Part shown: one piece after another, positions 1 through 13,800 of the stretch
Layout of the letters: each line of letters starts with the position of its first letter
Position numbering within the stretch: the first letter of the stretch is position 1
Assembly (NCBI GenBank): GCA_046563655.1
Contig: CM102285.1
Coordinates: 11,346,001 to 11,410,000 of the forward strand
Length of the DNA: 64,000 nt
DNA from: Yuukianura sp. NJ FZ-2021
Taxonomy: Eukaryota
Reading direction: 5' to 3'
Notes under the pieces: model-generated
What the model was told of the DNA's origin: nothing
The model's input: only the letters and a program-made list of their open reading frames with translations
Databases searched by the model: none
Position numbers and translations under genes: made by a program

Positions 1-3000
1 TTCTTGTTCTGAACAACTTTTTAGAAAATAGAAATTATTGTGTTTTTTATATTCCCTTTGAGAATGTTGGCTATCGAAATCCCACGTTGATATGTACAAC
101 GACAGAAGCGGATCTGTTGGCGCCGGAGTTATTTTTGAGCTTGGTTAAGCGACAACAAAAGTTTTACTTTTTAGGAATTACTTTCTCTGCTCTTTTTTCC
201 GCCGAATCTCTTACTGACAAAATATGGATTTTAGGGAGAAAACTTGTGAAATAAGTCACTCTCACAGACTCAATTACATTTTTACCGTACTGACTCATTT
301 TACGTAGAAAACGGAGTTCTTAACTTTCATTTTTCTCATTTTCAATCACTTTTCTTCTAGAAAAGTGGGAAACTTTCTATTGTAAATGTGTACCGGTCAC
401 GCGAACCCTATCCCACTGAACTGTTTTTCACCCTGTTTCCAAACAACCGTTTTTTGGTTTTGATTCTTTTTGACAAATTTTTTCCATCAAAACTTTTTCT
501 TTTATATTTGGGCCAATTTGTTTCTTCGTCAAAGTGAAAGAGTATTCTCAACCCTATGTCAGTCTCCGGCTATGTGTATCACTTTTTTACTTTTACTTTC
601 TCCAACTCCATAGCAATCGGTTTCTTTTGTGAGGGAATTGTAAAAGTTCTGAAAAAGAAGCCTTTATAGAAACTCTGGACGGATCCTTATTATTGGTATT
701 TTTTTGTTTGAGTTCAACCGTAATGCAACACTCATCTGTACTTAAAAGTAGTTGCTAAGCATAAAGCTCCAGTTACGTGACTATTTTTCCGGAAATTGTT
801 CTTTTGAATTGATATAAATCATACAATTAAGCGGAAAACTTTTCCTTTTTTAATATTATTTTATTATAGTTATACTAACGAGCAAAAGCGGCTTTTCTTT
901 CCCCTAAAACTTTTCTACGCGAAACGCACGCTGTTCCAAACGCACGGCGGAGCCTTTTACTTCTTTTTCGTTTGATCCGTTCGATTTCTGACTCACTCAA
1001 AAGATTGTTCAATTTCAAATTGAGAAAGTAAAGAGTAAAGAAAATCGGGTTCTTTCATGATACTCAATTTTCTGGATTTTTTTTTCTCTTCTGTGCTTTC
1101 TTCGCACTACCACTCTGGAATGGTTTGGAGAAAGTTGAAAGTTTCTTTCTCAATTCCCAATTTGTGTTCTGTGATACAAGAATCATTTGTAGTAATGATA
1201 TCATCATACAGTTACCAACAGAATCTTCACTCAAACTCAATTTCTCTTTTGAATATTATAGTAACTTACGCAGAAATCCTATTACGTACGGCTTTCTTTA
1301 AAGTTCCGCATCACTAACTTTTCTACACTCACCCTGTTAAACCTGTCTTTTTAGATTTGCGGTGCTCACAAGTCTCCGGCGTATGGCCAATGTTCCGTTA
1401 CTTATTTAAGCTAAGACGATAGATTGAACAGAATTGGAGTGTGTTGACAATTACTGAAACGCGAATACTAAAAGTTGGGATGTTGAGTTACGTTTTAAGG
1501 TTATTGGCTACACAAAGTTAAGCAAAAGCTTTTGAATTTAAGTTCACACGCTAATGCGTAAACTGTGCTTAATTTATTCAAGACTAAACTTAACTTACCT
1601 AGTTTCTTACGAGTCTTAACTAAGATCCCATATAAATCGAGTTGATGTTTTAAGAGGTTAGTCGCTACTTGATGTGAGTTGGTGTGGCCCATTAACTAAA
1701 ATGTGCCAGAACTTGAAAGTTTACCAAATAAAGACTATTTCATGTTACGAGTTGTTAACTAGGGGGCTGTTAATTCATTTATGAGGGAGAGAAAGCGGAA
1801 TAATGTCATCTTCTGCGACAGAGTTGAACACAGTTACTCCACTCCCATGTTATTGTCATTTCCGTAGGAGTCATGGTCTGGAGATGGGTGAAATTAATCC
1901 TTGGCACTTTGTGGGGACTTTTATTGGGTGAAAGCCATTTGTGAAGTGTGTTAGGTGAGTATCATGGGGAAAGTGCTAAATGGGTAGGCCTAATGTGGAA
2001 TAAGGTCACCTCTACCCACGTAGGCTAGGTGCAGAATCTGCTTTCTAATAAATTAGGGCCCGTTGGCCTTCGCGTGAGACATTTCGATTTGGATCTGGAA
2101 AGATATAAAGGAAGATTCAGCTTCTACTATCTATTCGGATGGTTCCATGGTGAGCACACTGTTAAAAAGAGGAAGCGGGGCCAGGAGAAAGCGGAAAGTT
2201 AAAGCGAGTGGAATGGAAAAGGAACGTCAGTTTTGTGTATCTCCATTTCTTTGTTAGGAAATGGTAGAAGAAGAATGGCGTAGGGTACGTATGATATGAC
2301 CTAACGTAAGCTCCTGCTTTCACCTTGCAGAAAGTCGGAGAAACCCTCGAGATCCATTCCGAGATCATCTAATGTTCCTTTCACCAGATAAATAAGTCCA
2401 TTATCAAACTAACTTTTGTCTTATAGTCCTCTCCTTTAGTGGTTCCCCGCTCTGCTTTGGCACTATTCCTGGCTTTCACTTCTACTAAAATTTGGAGTCG
2501 GAGGAGTTAACGGATCTTCTTTCTAAATTGATAGTTTAAAGGAATTATGACGAAATTTGATTTTTCAAGTCAGCAGATGTCGTTGCACAGATTTCGTATT
2601 TGATTTACAACTCTATTCTACTCTAGCTCAAAATTTTTTGCTAGGGATTTAGGAATTTGGCTCCGCTTTGTTAGATTAAGCTTAGGCAGCATATTAAAAA
2701 GCACAATTCTGTTCTACTTCTAACAAAAAATGTCAGGAAGTCGTTGGATAACGCCACAATTTCGACCAAAAGAGTTAAGATGTTATCCAATTTCTGAGTT
2801 CTGAATAATCCTTCCATGGAGTTCTAAAATTCAAAATTAAAGTTTTCAGATTACTTTTCAACTGTTAGAACCATCTTAAGATTCGTTGACTTCGACCTAG
2901 CACTTGGAGATTTCAGAAACCAATCTGCCTATCGTATTTTTTTAGCTTCTCATATTAATCTTAGCACGGTTAATCTATTAATCAACTTTTTAGGTAAGAC

Positions 3001-6000
3001 TAACTTTAAAATACTTATAGCGTCTGTTGCTTATGTTCGTAACAATCTGCCTTACCTGTACGTAAGTATTACGGTATAGTTAAAGGCTGTACAAGTATAT
3101 TGACCTCTTGACCTGGAATGTGGGAAATTTCCTAATGCGTCAATGTTATTGTAGTGTGTGTCACTCTCACCTTTAAAGTAACGACAAAAGAGTCAAAAAT
3201 TTTAAAGAAATTGTGACGCAAGTAGCCATTCCGGAAACCCTTAACGCTTCGCCGAACCTTTTTCTTTAAAATCCTTCCGCCTTCCTTTCCATATCTGCCT
3301 CTTAGCACTTATTCAACACAACCTGCTTTCTCCTTAGAAAAATGCTCCTCCTTTGTCCTTTGAAAAGAGTACTGTGAAAAATGAACAGTCTCCCCAATTT
3401 TGAAAACGTAAATTTCGTCACCGGAAGAGACATGCAGTTACTCAATGTCAACATTTTATTTATTTGCTTCTTGTGTGTAACGTGTTGAACATACTCCTTT
3501 TCCTCGTTTTTTTTGTAAACTCTATAAAATGGCATGGAGGACTTTGGGGAAAGCAGGACTGACCTTATGCACCCTGTGTGCCTTTGCCAAGGGAATTACA
3601 CTAAAAAAACTTTTACTACTTTTTTTTTCAGCGTTGCACCGTTCCATGGACATCAGCTGCTCTGGATGTTCTTACTTTACGGAGGAGTTCAAATCCAAAG
3701 TGCCCATAAGAGGCACTTCACCGGAAAAGTTTTACTGGGTTTTCCGGGTTTTGAAACATTGGAATACTTTTTATGCAGAGAGAAGGTTGGTCTAAGTTAC
3801 AGTTTTATGCAAAAACTCAATGGCCCTCAAAATAATTCGGCTAGCAACCGACCGCCGAATGTTGGACTACTAGTGAAAATTCAACCAGATTTAGAACGTG
3901 TCCGTCCTGCTTTCACGGACGGCACCCGTTTGTTTCGACTCATTTGCCCGCAAGCTCCGATGATCCCGTCATATACACTTTATTGCCGTTTTATTACAGG
4001 TCCACAAACCACACGTAAATCCTATTTCGGATTACCAGAGATGAAGCACATCCTAATTGGAATGAGTACAATAGGATCCATGAATGCCAGTGACCTCTAA
4101 AGCTCTTGAGGTCATGCCATGTCATCATCTTATTCACACTCTACTAACTTCGTTAAGGTCAGTACAAACTTCAAATCTTTTTTTCTAATGCAAAAAGTTT
4201 TCGCGTCTTTTTTCATTGCTTTCTCTTATGGAGAAAGCACAGTTTTCTGAAAAAGTATAGTTTTCTGACTCGAGTGACTAATTGTTAGTGGCCGCTATGG
4301 TTAAGGAGATAACTGACTGTTACTGACATATGCTTTTTACTGTTGAGGTAACGATTGCATGGTCAGAGGTCGTTCCATAATTTACAACCTCACACAGCCT
4401 ACACTGGCAGCATTTTACCAAAAGTAAATTGAATTCCTGTTTACAAGGTTTTCAACTTCACAGTGGTATCACGCAGGGTTCCGTCCAAAATTATCCGTTC
4501 AATCCACTACCCCTTCAGCTCCAGAACTGTTCAATTGTAAACTGAATTTCGAACAGTACTTTATACTGGCTGCCTCTTGCCAAAAAAAAATCTTTGATTC
4601 CTTCCTGTTGAATTATGCAAAAGGAAGCTACCCGTATATAATAATTCTCTTTCCGTTGAGCTCTTCTTACTCAATTCCTTTGATGTGCGCCCCACACCTC
4701 GATTCTTTGGCAGCGCTGGGCTTACCTTGTTCGGTGAAATCAAATCAATGTCAATTTCGTCTTCAATACGTGACACAAATTTCAATATGTGTTCAAAAGA
4801 AATTGACAGGCTTGCCAAAATGTTGCCAAAATGATAGATTGAAGTTCCCAGAAGTGTCCTTCCCTTCAACTGAGGTTAAAGTTTATTTCTAACGTCTCAA
4901 AGTTAGTATTCTACGAGGAGTTATAAAAATAGAAACTCTAATTAGGACTACAAATGGGAACTTAATTATAAACTTGTTTCGAACTTTTCGCTTTTTCAAC
5001 TCCATATTTCTTGTTTTTGTTTTTCTGAAAACTTTCTTCATTTCAAATGTTTATTTCATAAGGTGGGTTTGGTGGAGAAAGCAGAAGACGACAACAAAAG
5101 ACCAATTTGTCAATTTTAGCGTAGTTTTGTTGTTTGTATTACCTGAAATTAGATTTCTGTTCAATTAACTGGAGAATATTTGACGTCATCTTGTTCTAAA
5201 GTGTTTGCAGATATACCTAACATTCCCATCAGAGCTGGGGTTTCAAGTAGAGTTGTTATGAGGAATTTAGTATTTTCATCTGATGCATTCAGGCATCGAA
5301 GCTTGTTAAATTCTGGAACTCATTGAAACAGCCACGGACAATGGAAACCAGTTCCTCTCTCTCTCTATGTTGCTTCAAGTCCATCGATCAACACCATTTT
5401 GGCTCGTGAGACAAGAAACGGAACTTTCATGCTTCACCAACAATAGAATTTGAAGTGACAGGTAGTTGATTACATCCCATGTCAAAATCTCGGCTACGTT
5501 CGTCATCCACTTTGTTTCAGAAAAAATGGTGAGGTTCCAGAAACCACTATGTTTAGGGTAAAACTCTTTTAGAAAGTCAAATGATAATAGCAGAGGTCAG
5601 AATAACATAATGCAAAGGTAATGGACTTTCGCCGCAAGCTTACATTCCTCCTACATATATTCATTCAAATTTTCCGCTTTTCCGACTTTTCCTAAACCTA
5701 ATCCTGCGTGGTCAAGTGTCAAAGTCAATTAAGCCAATATCCTAGGGAGTGGAAAGGAAATTTCATTCGCTGTTCCTTCCGTAGCGTGTGTCATGAAAGT
5801 TAAACTTTTTGTGAGCTTTTTAGCCTAAAAAGTTTTAATCGCTGACTCGAGAAAGGTTTCTGAACTGTGAAAGTGGAACTGGAACGTAAACTCTTAAAAG
5901 CGTGATTTTTGAAAGTTTGACTTTTCTTTAAACTTTGTCTCTTCGCCGACTTCTGGGTCTTTAATAATATAGTTCCAATTCTCTCTTTGGTTTGGGCTTT

Positions 6001-9000
6001 CTAAGAGATTTTTGACTTAGGGTTCTAAGACTTTGTGTCAGATTAGTTTTTTTTCTCTCAAAAACGACCCGGACTAGTCATCTCGCTTTTTCTTAATATA
6101 GGAATTCAATTGGAAAAATTACTTCCTTTGCAAACAGAATACATGGTCGTCAGACGATGAAAAAACACTCTCGAAATACGGCTTTCTCCACAAGTTCTAG
6201 TCCAACTTTTTTTTGTCTGTGCACTCGGCTGTTCGACCCGTAAAAGTTGAATTCCTGATTTTGCTTTGATAAAAGTTTGTAGGAAAGAGTGGAATGTTTA
6301 GCCAAAAGATAAAATTTTGAATTCGGTATTACTAAAATGGAAGTGGATTTAGGGAAACTTGGTTTGGTAACAAAAATACAAACTTTCACCATTTGTCTGT
6401 CGTAATCTGTTTAAGTTAAACGAAAGCAGAATGTTGGTGATTAGAATCACCAAGGATTTGGCACCAAGCCCATTTCTCCAAAACCTACCTCTTAACTTCC
6501 AAAAATGGAAACAAATTTCAGTAATATTCGTTTTATATTATTAGAAGTACCTACTATTAAGGCATAGTGAGGCTCTGAAATTATGGACAACCAATAATTG
6601 CGTGAGCAGCAGAGAGCAAGAATTTTCTTTTTAACTAGGGCATTCACGTATTCTGAGTTCAAACTCAACACAAAATATTTGCAGAGTGAAAGTGGTAATT
6701 ATTTTAATTATGATTCCAGTGCGATTCCTCGACGGTCTACGGCGCATTCAAATTTTGCAAAATTGTTTCCATATAGTACATTCCATTCCAATTTCCATCA
6801 CAAATTCCAAATTTCGCCGCCTGTTTATTTCCTAACTTTCACTTTTAATTTTCACTTTTTGTAAATAGTATATAACATAATGGTAATCTAAAAATAGTTT
6901 TAATAAGTAAAAGTCTTAATAAGTCAGAAAAGTAACCAGGAGAGGTTTTATGCTAGAAAGAAAGGGATTTGGGGGAATCGGTGGAGGTTTCGTATAGTTT
7001 TCAATCACATTTTATACACAGACAGAAACCCTACTTTAAGCTGAACGTGACTTTGAGGTTTTTAGTAGAAATTGTTCGCTGAGGCCAATAAGTTTTGCTT
7101 AAAAGCCGGTTTTAGCCACAGGGGAAGGACGCGAAATTCAAATAAGTACGACACATTGTGTGTACATTTTCTATCACTGATACTTTGTCAGTGCTCAAAT
7201 TTTTAATCAAAGTGATGCAGTAGACCAGCAGCGTTGTAGAATGGACGTGATGGAACACAAAATCTGATTCCCTTTGGTACTAGAGTTAAATAGAGGCTTG
7301 GTGGTTTTGCTTTTAATTTTGTTCCAATTTCAAAGTATTTCGAATAGAATCTTCTAAACATCTCTCTCATTAGGTGCATGTTGGTGTTGATGTGCAGGTT
7401 AGGTAATAATTCGACCAGGCTGGTATGAAAAACCGACGGGAGCATCGACCACATCGTGTCATCTTTTACAGATGCATGTTGGAGTCTTTTGTATTCTTTA
7501 CAAGAATCCTTTTAATAATGGAAATCGAATTCAGCGACTTAGGAAGGCCATTAAGTAGGTCTTGAATTTCATCAGGGTTTATGTAAGTACTTAGGTGCTT
7601 ACAAGGGTTTCATCAGGGTTCTTGGAATTCATACATATTATGTGAATCACGTCAAAAGTTGACACAAAAGAGACATTTCTTATTCGAAAACAACGTCTTA
7701 AGAAATTAGTAGTTATTAGTTTATCATAAATTTATATGCATTGTCACGCTTCACTCCGCGTCCAATTTCGGTTTTGCAATTTAATGTTTTCCCAAACCCA
7801 CGATCAGGGAAAACTCGAATCATAAATTCTAAGAAGTTGGCATTAAAAGCCTACACGGTTCTAAAGTTGTGATGAGAATTTTGAGTAATGTGAAACAAAC
7901 TTGTTGCGCCAGAGCTCATCTTCTTGGTCACTCTATCGCATTTAATTTCTTGACATGTTATGATGTTAGTATTTTCCTAAATCGGCAAAATGTGGACCAA
8001 AACTGTTGTGCAAACATTCCAAATATTACTTTGCAGCTTAAAATCCAAGCTAACGAATACGTAAGCCTTAATAAGCCTTTTAGCCGTTGGTGAAAGCACG
8101 GCCCGAAAACTCATTTCTTGTAATAAATTTTCATTAATGCCTCCACCGCGGCAAGCCTCTCTTAGCAAAGTTGATTAATCAAAGGAGCCGCTCTATGCTT
8201 TTGGGCTGAAAAAACTTTGCCCTTTGTGTAATTAATATTGTTGTAACAGTCAAGGGAAGGTGTTCTACTGTGAATTGGACAAATTTTTAAACTGAATGTC
8301 AACTGCCAACCTTGGGATGAATTGTTTCTGACTTTTTTGCCTGAAATTTTGCCATAACTTTTGATTTCAAATGTTGTTAGTTTAATGAAGGGTAGAAATG
8401 GGAACAGTTGAATCAGAGACAATAAATTTGACCAAAAAGACGAAACCGGTTCAGTGGCTCTTTTCCAAAGGAAGGAATAGTTTTGATGCTCACTGAAACG
8501 CAAATAATTTTTATTTGTTGAAATTCCATTAATGGACAGGTTCTCCTTGTGTACCTTGGTCGTAGTTTGGAAAAAATGTATATAAACCGGATTTCACAAT
8601 TTTTTTGCTCAATTTTTTTCAAATATTTTGACATTGAGTAGTCATCGTTCTAATTAAAAAGTATTGAATAATTATTTTTCCAAATTAATACCAATCAGGG
8701 CGATCCTTAATTACGTTGATTGGGAAAACGTTGCTGTTTGCACCATCATTAGCTTGTACTGACTGAATTAAGGACGTAACCAAGGTAGTGGGCATTTGCC
8801 TCTGGAATATTAAAACTAACTAACATAGGAATTTAAAATTAGAGTACAGTTTAAATTGGTAACGTTGTTTATTAACTGAAAACCCACAAAAACAGCCGCA
8901 ACTGATTACAAGCACGAGTCTGTAAGAGTTAGTAATTAATTATTGAACTGCATTGAATGGCCGATACAATGATTTAAATTGGTCTCAAACCTCAAACGTG

Positions 9001-10173
9001 AAATAGGCTTTGAACTGGAAACCTTAAAGAAACTGGGCCAGTTTGACTTTCAAAAATTAAAATGCGCTTCACAATTTCCCCTTTTTTTTATGAACTTGCA
9101 AAATATTTAAAGCAAACTGGAACTTTTCGCTTTAGACACTTTAGAAAAGCAAGTTTTAAATTGGTTCCAGTCATTGCGTCTGGGCCTTGCAGAATGTTTC
9201 CAGTTCCTGGGTTTAGTGGCCTGGCCTTGACTCTAGATAAACCTAGCTTTATGAAACGTCTTTTGAGAAAGAATTACAGGGAAGTTAGAGGACCAGTAAA
9301 CAAAAGTTTTCAATTCCTTGGAGCACTGACTCTTATGGTATATTCTTTGTAAGTTACAATTTTCATTTTGTTTAGTGAAGATGCGAAGGAGAATCTGAAC
9401 TGTGGAATAGGAAGAACATATACGAATTTTATGCCGACAATGAAGAGAGAAGTTAGCCCTAATCCTAGTCGTTCTTCTTTTAATTAGACACAAGATTGGC
9501 GTGAGGTTTCTCCACTCTTTTGGTTCAGTTGAAGTTCTGAGAACCATGAACAAGTTTGGGTTGACGAAATAACATTTGGTTGGTGGAACAAAAAGGCTGG
9601 GCACTTCACAGACATATACACAAGCTGTTGGTGTTTTTGCCACAAGAAGAACGCATTAGTTAGAAGAAACGATGGAGTCTTACTGTAAACAAGGTTTTAG
9701 AGCGTGGAAGAACGGTTTTCCTACTTAGACTTATTCTGAGCATTACTTTTCCCTTCCACTTATCTCTCCCAGCGACTTTCTCTCTTTCTCATCTTCATTC
9801 ATCCGGATTTAACTCAAGAATAATAGAACTCGGAAAGAAATGCTTGAAGGGATCAAGAACGGCACTCACTAGCATATAGTAGACACTGACAACATCTTCT
9901 GACATTTCCTACGCCAAGTCACCGATGTTGAAACCCAGTTACAGTGGGAGTGCCATGTTTGTCTTTCCCTCCCCTTTGTTTTCACATTTACTTGAAGCCT
10001 TGATTTGTGACAACTCTTGAAAAGTGTGACACTTGAAGTGAAGTCAACGGTAGAAAGCGTCTTTGAAACCACGAGGTTTTTCTTGAGGCTCGTCAGGAGA
10101 GGTTTTTAGTGGTTTAGCACTCCTAGGACAACTTCTTTGGCATTTGGAAGCGCCAGCGCGAGTGTTCGGTTAG

Positions 10174-10190
10174 TATAAAGAGGTATAAAA
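10174..10190 (+). promoter_or_regulatory. Candidate TATA box(es) upstream of the GPCR
   Basis: TATAAAG and TATAAAA in tandem ~700 bp upstream of the ATG, preceded by a CG-rich patch. Motif match only. Confidence 0.3.
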
Positions 10191-10874
10191 AAACTTCAAA
10201 TAGCAGCACACAGAAGGGAAGCGTCGTCGTCCAAATCCAGTAGAACAGGAACTACTCTTGGTTTCATTTTCAAAGTCAGAGTCACCGCGACGGCGGCAGG
10301 AAGACAGGAATCATTTTAGCAGAGCCTACAATCTCAGCAGTAAATACTACAAAAAGAAAATATCCAAAGGTAGAGTGTACAGAATCAGTTGAAATAAGCA
10401 AAAAACCTCAGGGGAGTGTGCAGGGAAGCGGTGAAAGTGCTGGGCGGAGAAAGTAAATAAAAAGGAACATCACCCACTGACTCTTAGGCCAGGTTCTCCT
10501 TAGCCTTTCGCCATTTCACTCTGAATTCATCTTTTAAGAAGACACTTTCCCACTGCCCCCTACTAGGAAACAATTTCTGACTTCCGCTCCTGCTGTACTT
10601 TTCATGGGAGAGAAAAGAGAAAAGAAAGAAGAAAAGTTGAGACCATCCTCAAATGTGTAATCCAAAGACCAATATTCCATGAAGGTACACTCCACATCCA
10701 TTTACTTTTATCTTTGACTCTCGTCTACCGTTCCAAAATTGAATCTTTAGCTGGAAAAGTTTTGCTTCAATACGCAGCTCTCTTCAAACTTTGAAATAGA
10801 AGGTAAAATTTGGAAAACATTAAGTTTCTCTTTGGTGAAAAGTTTTCGACATCAAAAGTCAAACCACTTGAATC

Positions 10875-13800
10875 ATGGAGGATTTGTGTAACGAAACAGC
10901 AGCTATTCTGGGATCACCAGAAATTGATCTCTCGAACAGTTCTGCTTCTAGTCTCCTGCCGCATCAATTTGAAAATCATCAAGGAATGGAAGACTTTTTC
11001 AAGACGAACTGTTCTCAGTATTTTCCTTACAACGGAACTGGAGATGCAGAGCTCTATGACCCAGAGTATTACTCGTATACTTACAGAATTGTAGGAACAT
11101 TGTTCCAAGGTATCATTTTCCTTGTGGGAGTTGTGGGAAATGTTCTAGTGGTCCTTGTAGTTGCTAAAACCAAAAGTATGCACTCACCAACTAACTGCTA
11201 CCTTGTCAGCCTCGCTTGTGCTGACATTATTGCCCTCGTGGCGTCTGTTCCCAATGAAATCATATTCTACTACCTAATTGGAGATCGTTGGGTAAGTTTT
11301 GACGAAAAAAAGTGCTCTAAAATGACATGTTTGCAAAACGAAATTATTTATTGCACGGGCATTCCAAATTTCGAGGTTCTCAATTTCGATTTGATAGAAA
11401 AAGTCAAAAAGCAATACTTACAGGTTAAAGTCAAACTTTTTTTGAAGAATGAAAATTCGATTTTTTGGTAACCCGCCAACAAAATTTTTCAATATCGAGG
11501 GTTGGAGCTAACCTTTTTTTTTTGTAAAGAAGGGGATTTGTACGAAATTGTCTGGATTTTATTTTTATTACAGGTTTATTTCAGGAAATAAGTTGTCGTG
11601 TAATTGAAAAGTTCGAGTCAGACTTTATAGAAGGTTTTCTGCCTTGAAATAAATTTCTCAGTGAAAGCTATAATTTTCATAATAGTTATAATGACGCTTA
11701 TTTTTTTTCTACCTTAAACCGTACGGCGCTGAAAAACAGTCTCACGATGTTTCACCACGATTTAGCGTGTGAACAAATTTTCAATTTAGGTGTGATTTAG
11801 TTGTTTTAACATAAAATGGGTTTGGGGTTAAATGGCATGGATAATCAAGGGAAGTTAGCGCTCTAGACGTTTACTGTTAGCTTCCAGGAACTTTACGTTG
11901 TGCTAAATTGCCTTATGATGCCTAATTTTAACCTCTCATTTCTCTTTTTCAGGTTTGGGGAGCATGGGGTTGTGCCATGTTTACTTTCGCACAGTTCCTG
12001 GGCATCAATGCCTCAGCCCTTTCTCTGACGGCTTTCACCGTGGAACGGTACATTGCAATTTGTCATCCCATGAAAGCCCAGGCAATGTGCACAGTCAACC
12101 GGGCCAAGAAAATTATCATGGGAGTGTGGATCTTCTCTGTTGTCTACTCGGGCCCATGGCTTTTCCTTACCAAATTGAAGCCCATTCCATACAAAGGGTT
12201 TGACGACGTAATGAAATGCTCCTTCAAGCTGTCCAGAGAAACCTATGTCTACATCTTCCTCGTGGATCTGATCGCTTTCTATGTTCTACCCCTCATAATA
12301 TCCATGATCCTGTATGGACTCATTGCAAGGATCCTCTTTGCAAGTAATAGCATCAAATCAACAATTGGCGGAGCCAAAAATGGTCAGCTCACCATAAGCG
12401 TTGATTCTACCAAAACCAACGCTGCAAGAACCCAGGTGAGCAACGAAGTGAGTGTCCCTGCACTTTCTATTTTTACTAACCCCTGCTTCTGCCTTCTAAC
12501 TGCTTTAAGTCATGAGTTTCGACTTCTTAAAGGTAATACAAAAATGATGAGTTCGGAATAGACATGGACATGGACATAGAAATTATTTATGCAGCTTGCT
12601 GAGAGGCGTTTACTCAGTTCTTTTTTTCCAAAATTCTAAAACCTTTTTCTTTGAGCGAAATAATTCAAAAGTCCTTGGGAAACCCATATCCAGCATTACG
12701 TACGAGTTGTTAAGTCTCGAAAAAAAATTAATGATCCATCTTTAGTATTGAATTTAAATTGGTAATTCGATACACGGGAAAATGGAATCGATATTTTCTG
12801 TTTTTTGAAAAACAAGAGATAGGTGCAGGTTCCATTTTACTCGACACCTTCATTTTTTTTTTGACTAAGAAGGTTTTTGGCCTTTTCGGTGAAAATATCA
12901 CTTGTATTATAAATTGAACTTAACTAAACTGTCTTGAAATATCAGAAAATTTGGATTTATAATGGCTTGGATTTGAAATTTTGCTATTTTGACAATGGAA
13001 AGTTCTTAAAATTTTATTGACTCTCCACATGCAGCACCCGTACCAAAGATACAGAAGCTGCTTGTTAGAGGAATGACTTTTATTGCCTTTCCAAGCCGCT
13101 CCCTTATTGTCTCTTACGAAAGTGTAGTAAGTAGTCGTAGTTCATTTACACTTATTTCAGTCAGTTCTTTCTCATTCTAGAAAGGATTTAGATCTCAATA
13201 ATTGAAACTAATTTAATGTTGAAAACAGATGCGTAAGAGCTCTTTTATAGTTCCTCCTAATCACTGGGCCTGTTTTAGTAGTTTGTCAAGGACAAAGTTG
13301 ACGCTTACTTCAAATTGACGATATTTATCACGTCAACGCGACTAGAAAGGGTGAAAGTGACAGTAGTGACACTTGGAATTAGTCAACAATCCAAATGGAA
13401 TGTGTGGGTACATACGTAAAACTTCAGCTTAAGTAGCAAATCTGACACAATTAATGTAGCCACATCATTTTTGACATGCGTCAAAACATGTTAAGAAAGC
13501 AATTTGAGATCATACGTCACAACTAGTCAGCAGTTAAGCGGTTAAATCTCGTAATAGGAATAATAGGGTTCCCTGAAATGAAATTTTTAATTTGTTTTTA
13601 CACTCTGGAAGTGCCTTTTAAAAAAGTTTCTGATGCTCATATACTTGTTTTGCTATGCTATTCCAAATTCCGTGGCTCATAAAATATTTATTTATAATGA
13701 ATTTTGTTGGACTAAGTGAAAGCATGTCGTTAAAACCTTGATAGCGGGCCACCATCTTTCAGTTTTCTATTTATAGCTTTACGGATTTTGCTGTAAAAAT

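Noticed and set aside
1..1400. T-rich stretch with minus-strand donor-like sites, possibly the 5' UTR of a gene to the left
   Set aside because: Plausible, but there is no coding evidence inside the window and it cannot be supported.
3534..4100. 188-aa ORF, and other 60-140 aa ORFs in 1-10 kb and 13-27 kb
   Set aside because: No recognisable domain, composition like translated AT-rich non-coding DNA, and no consistent exon chain.
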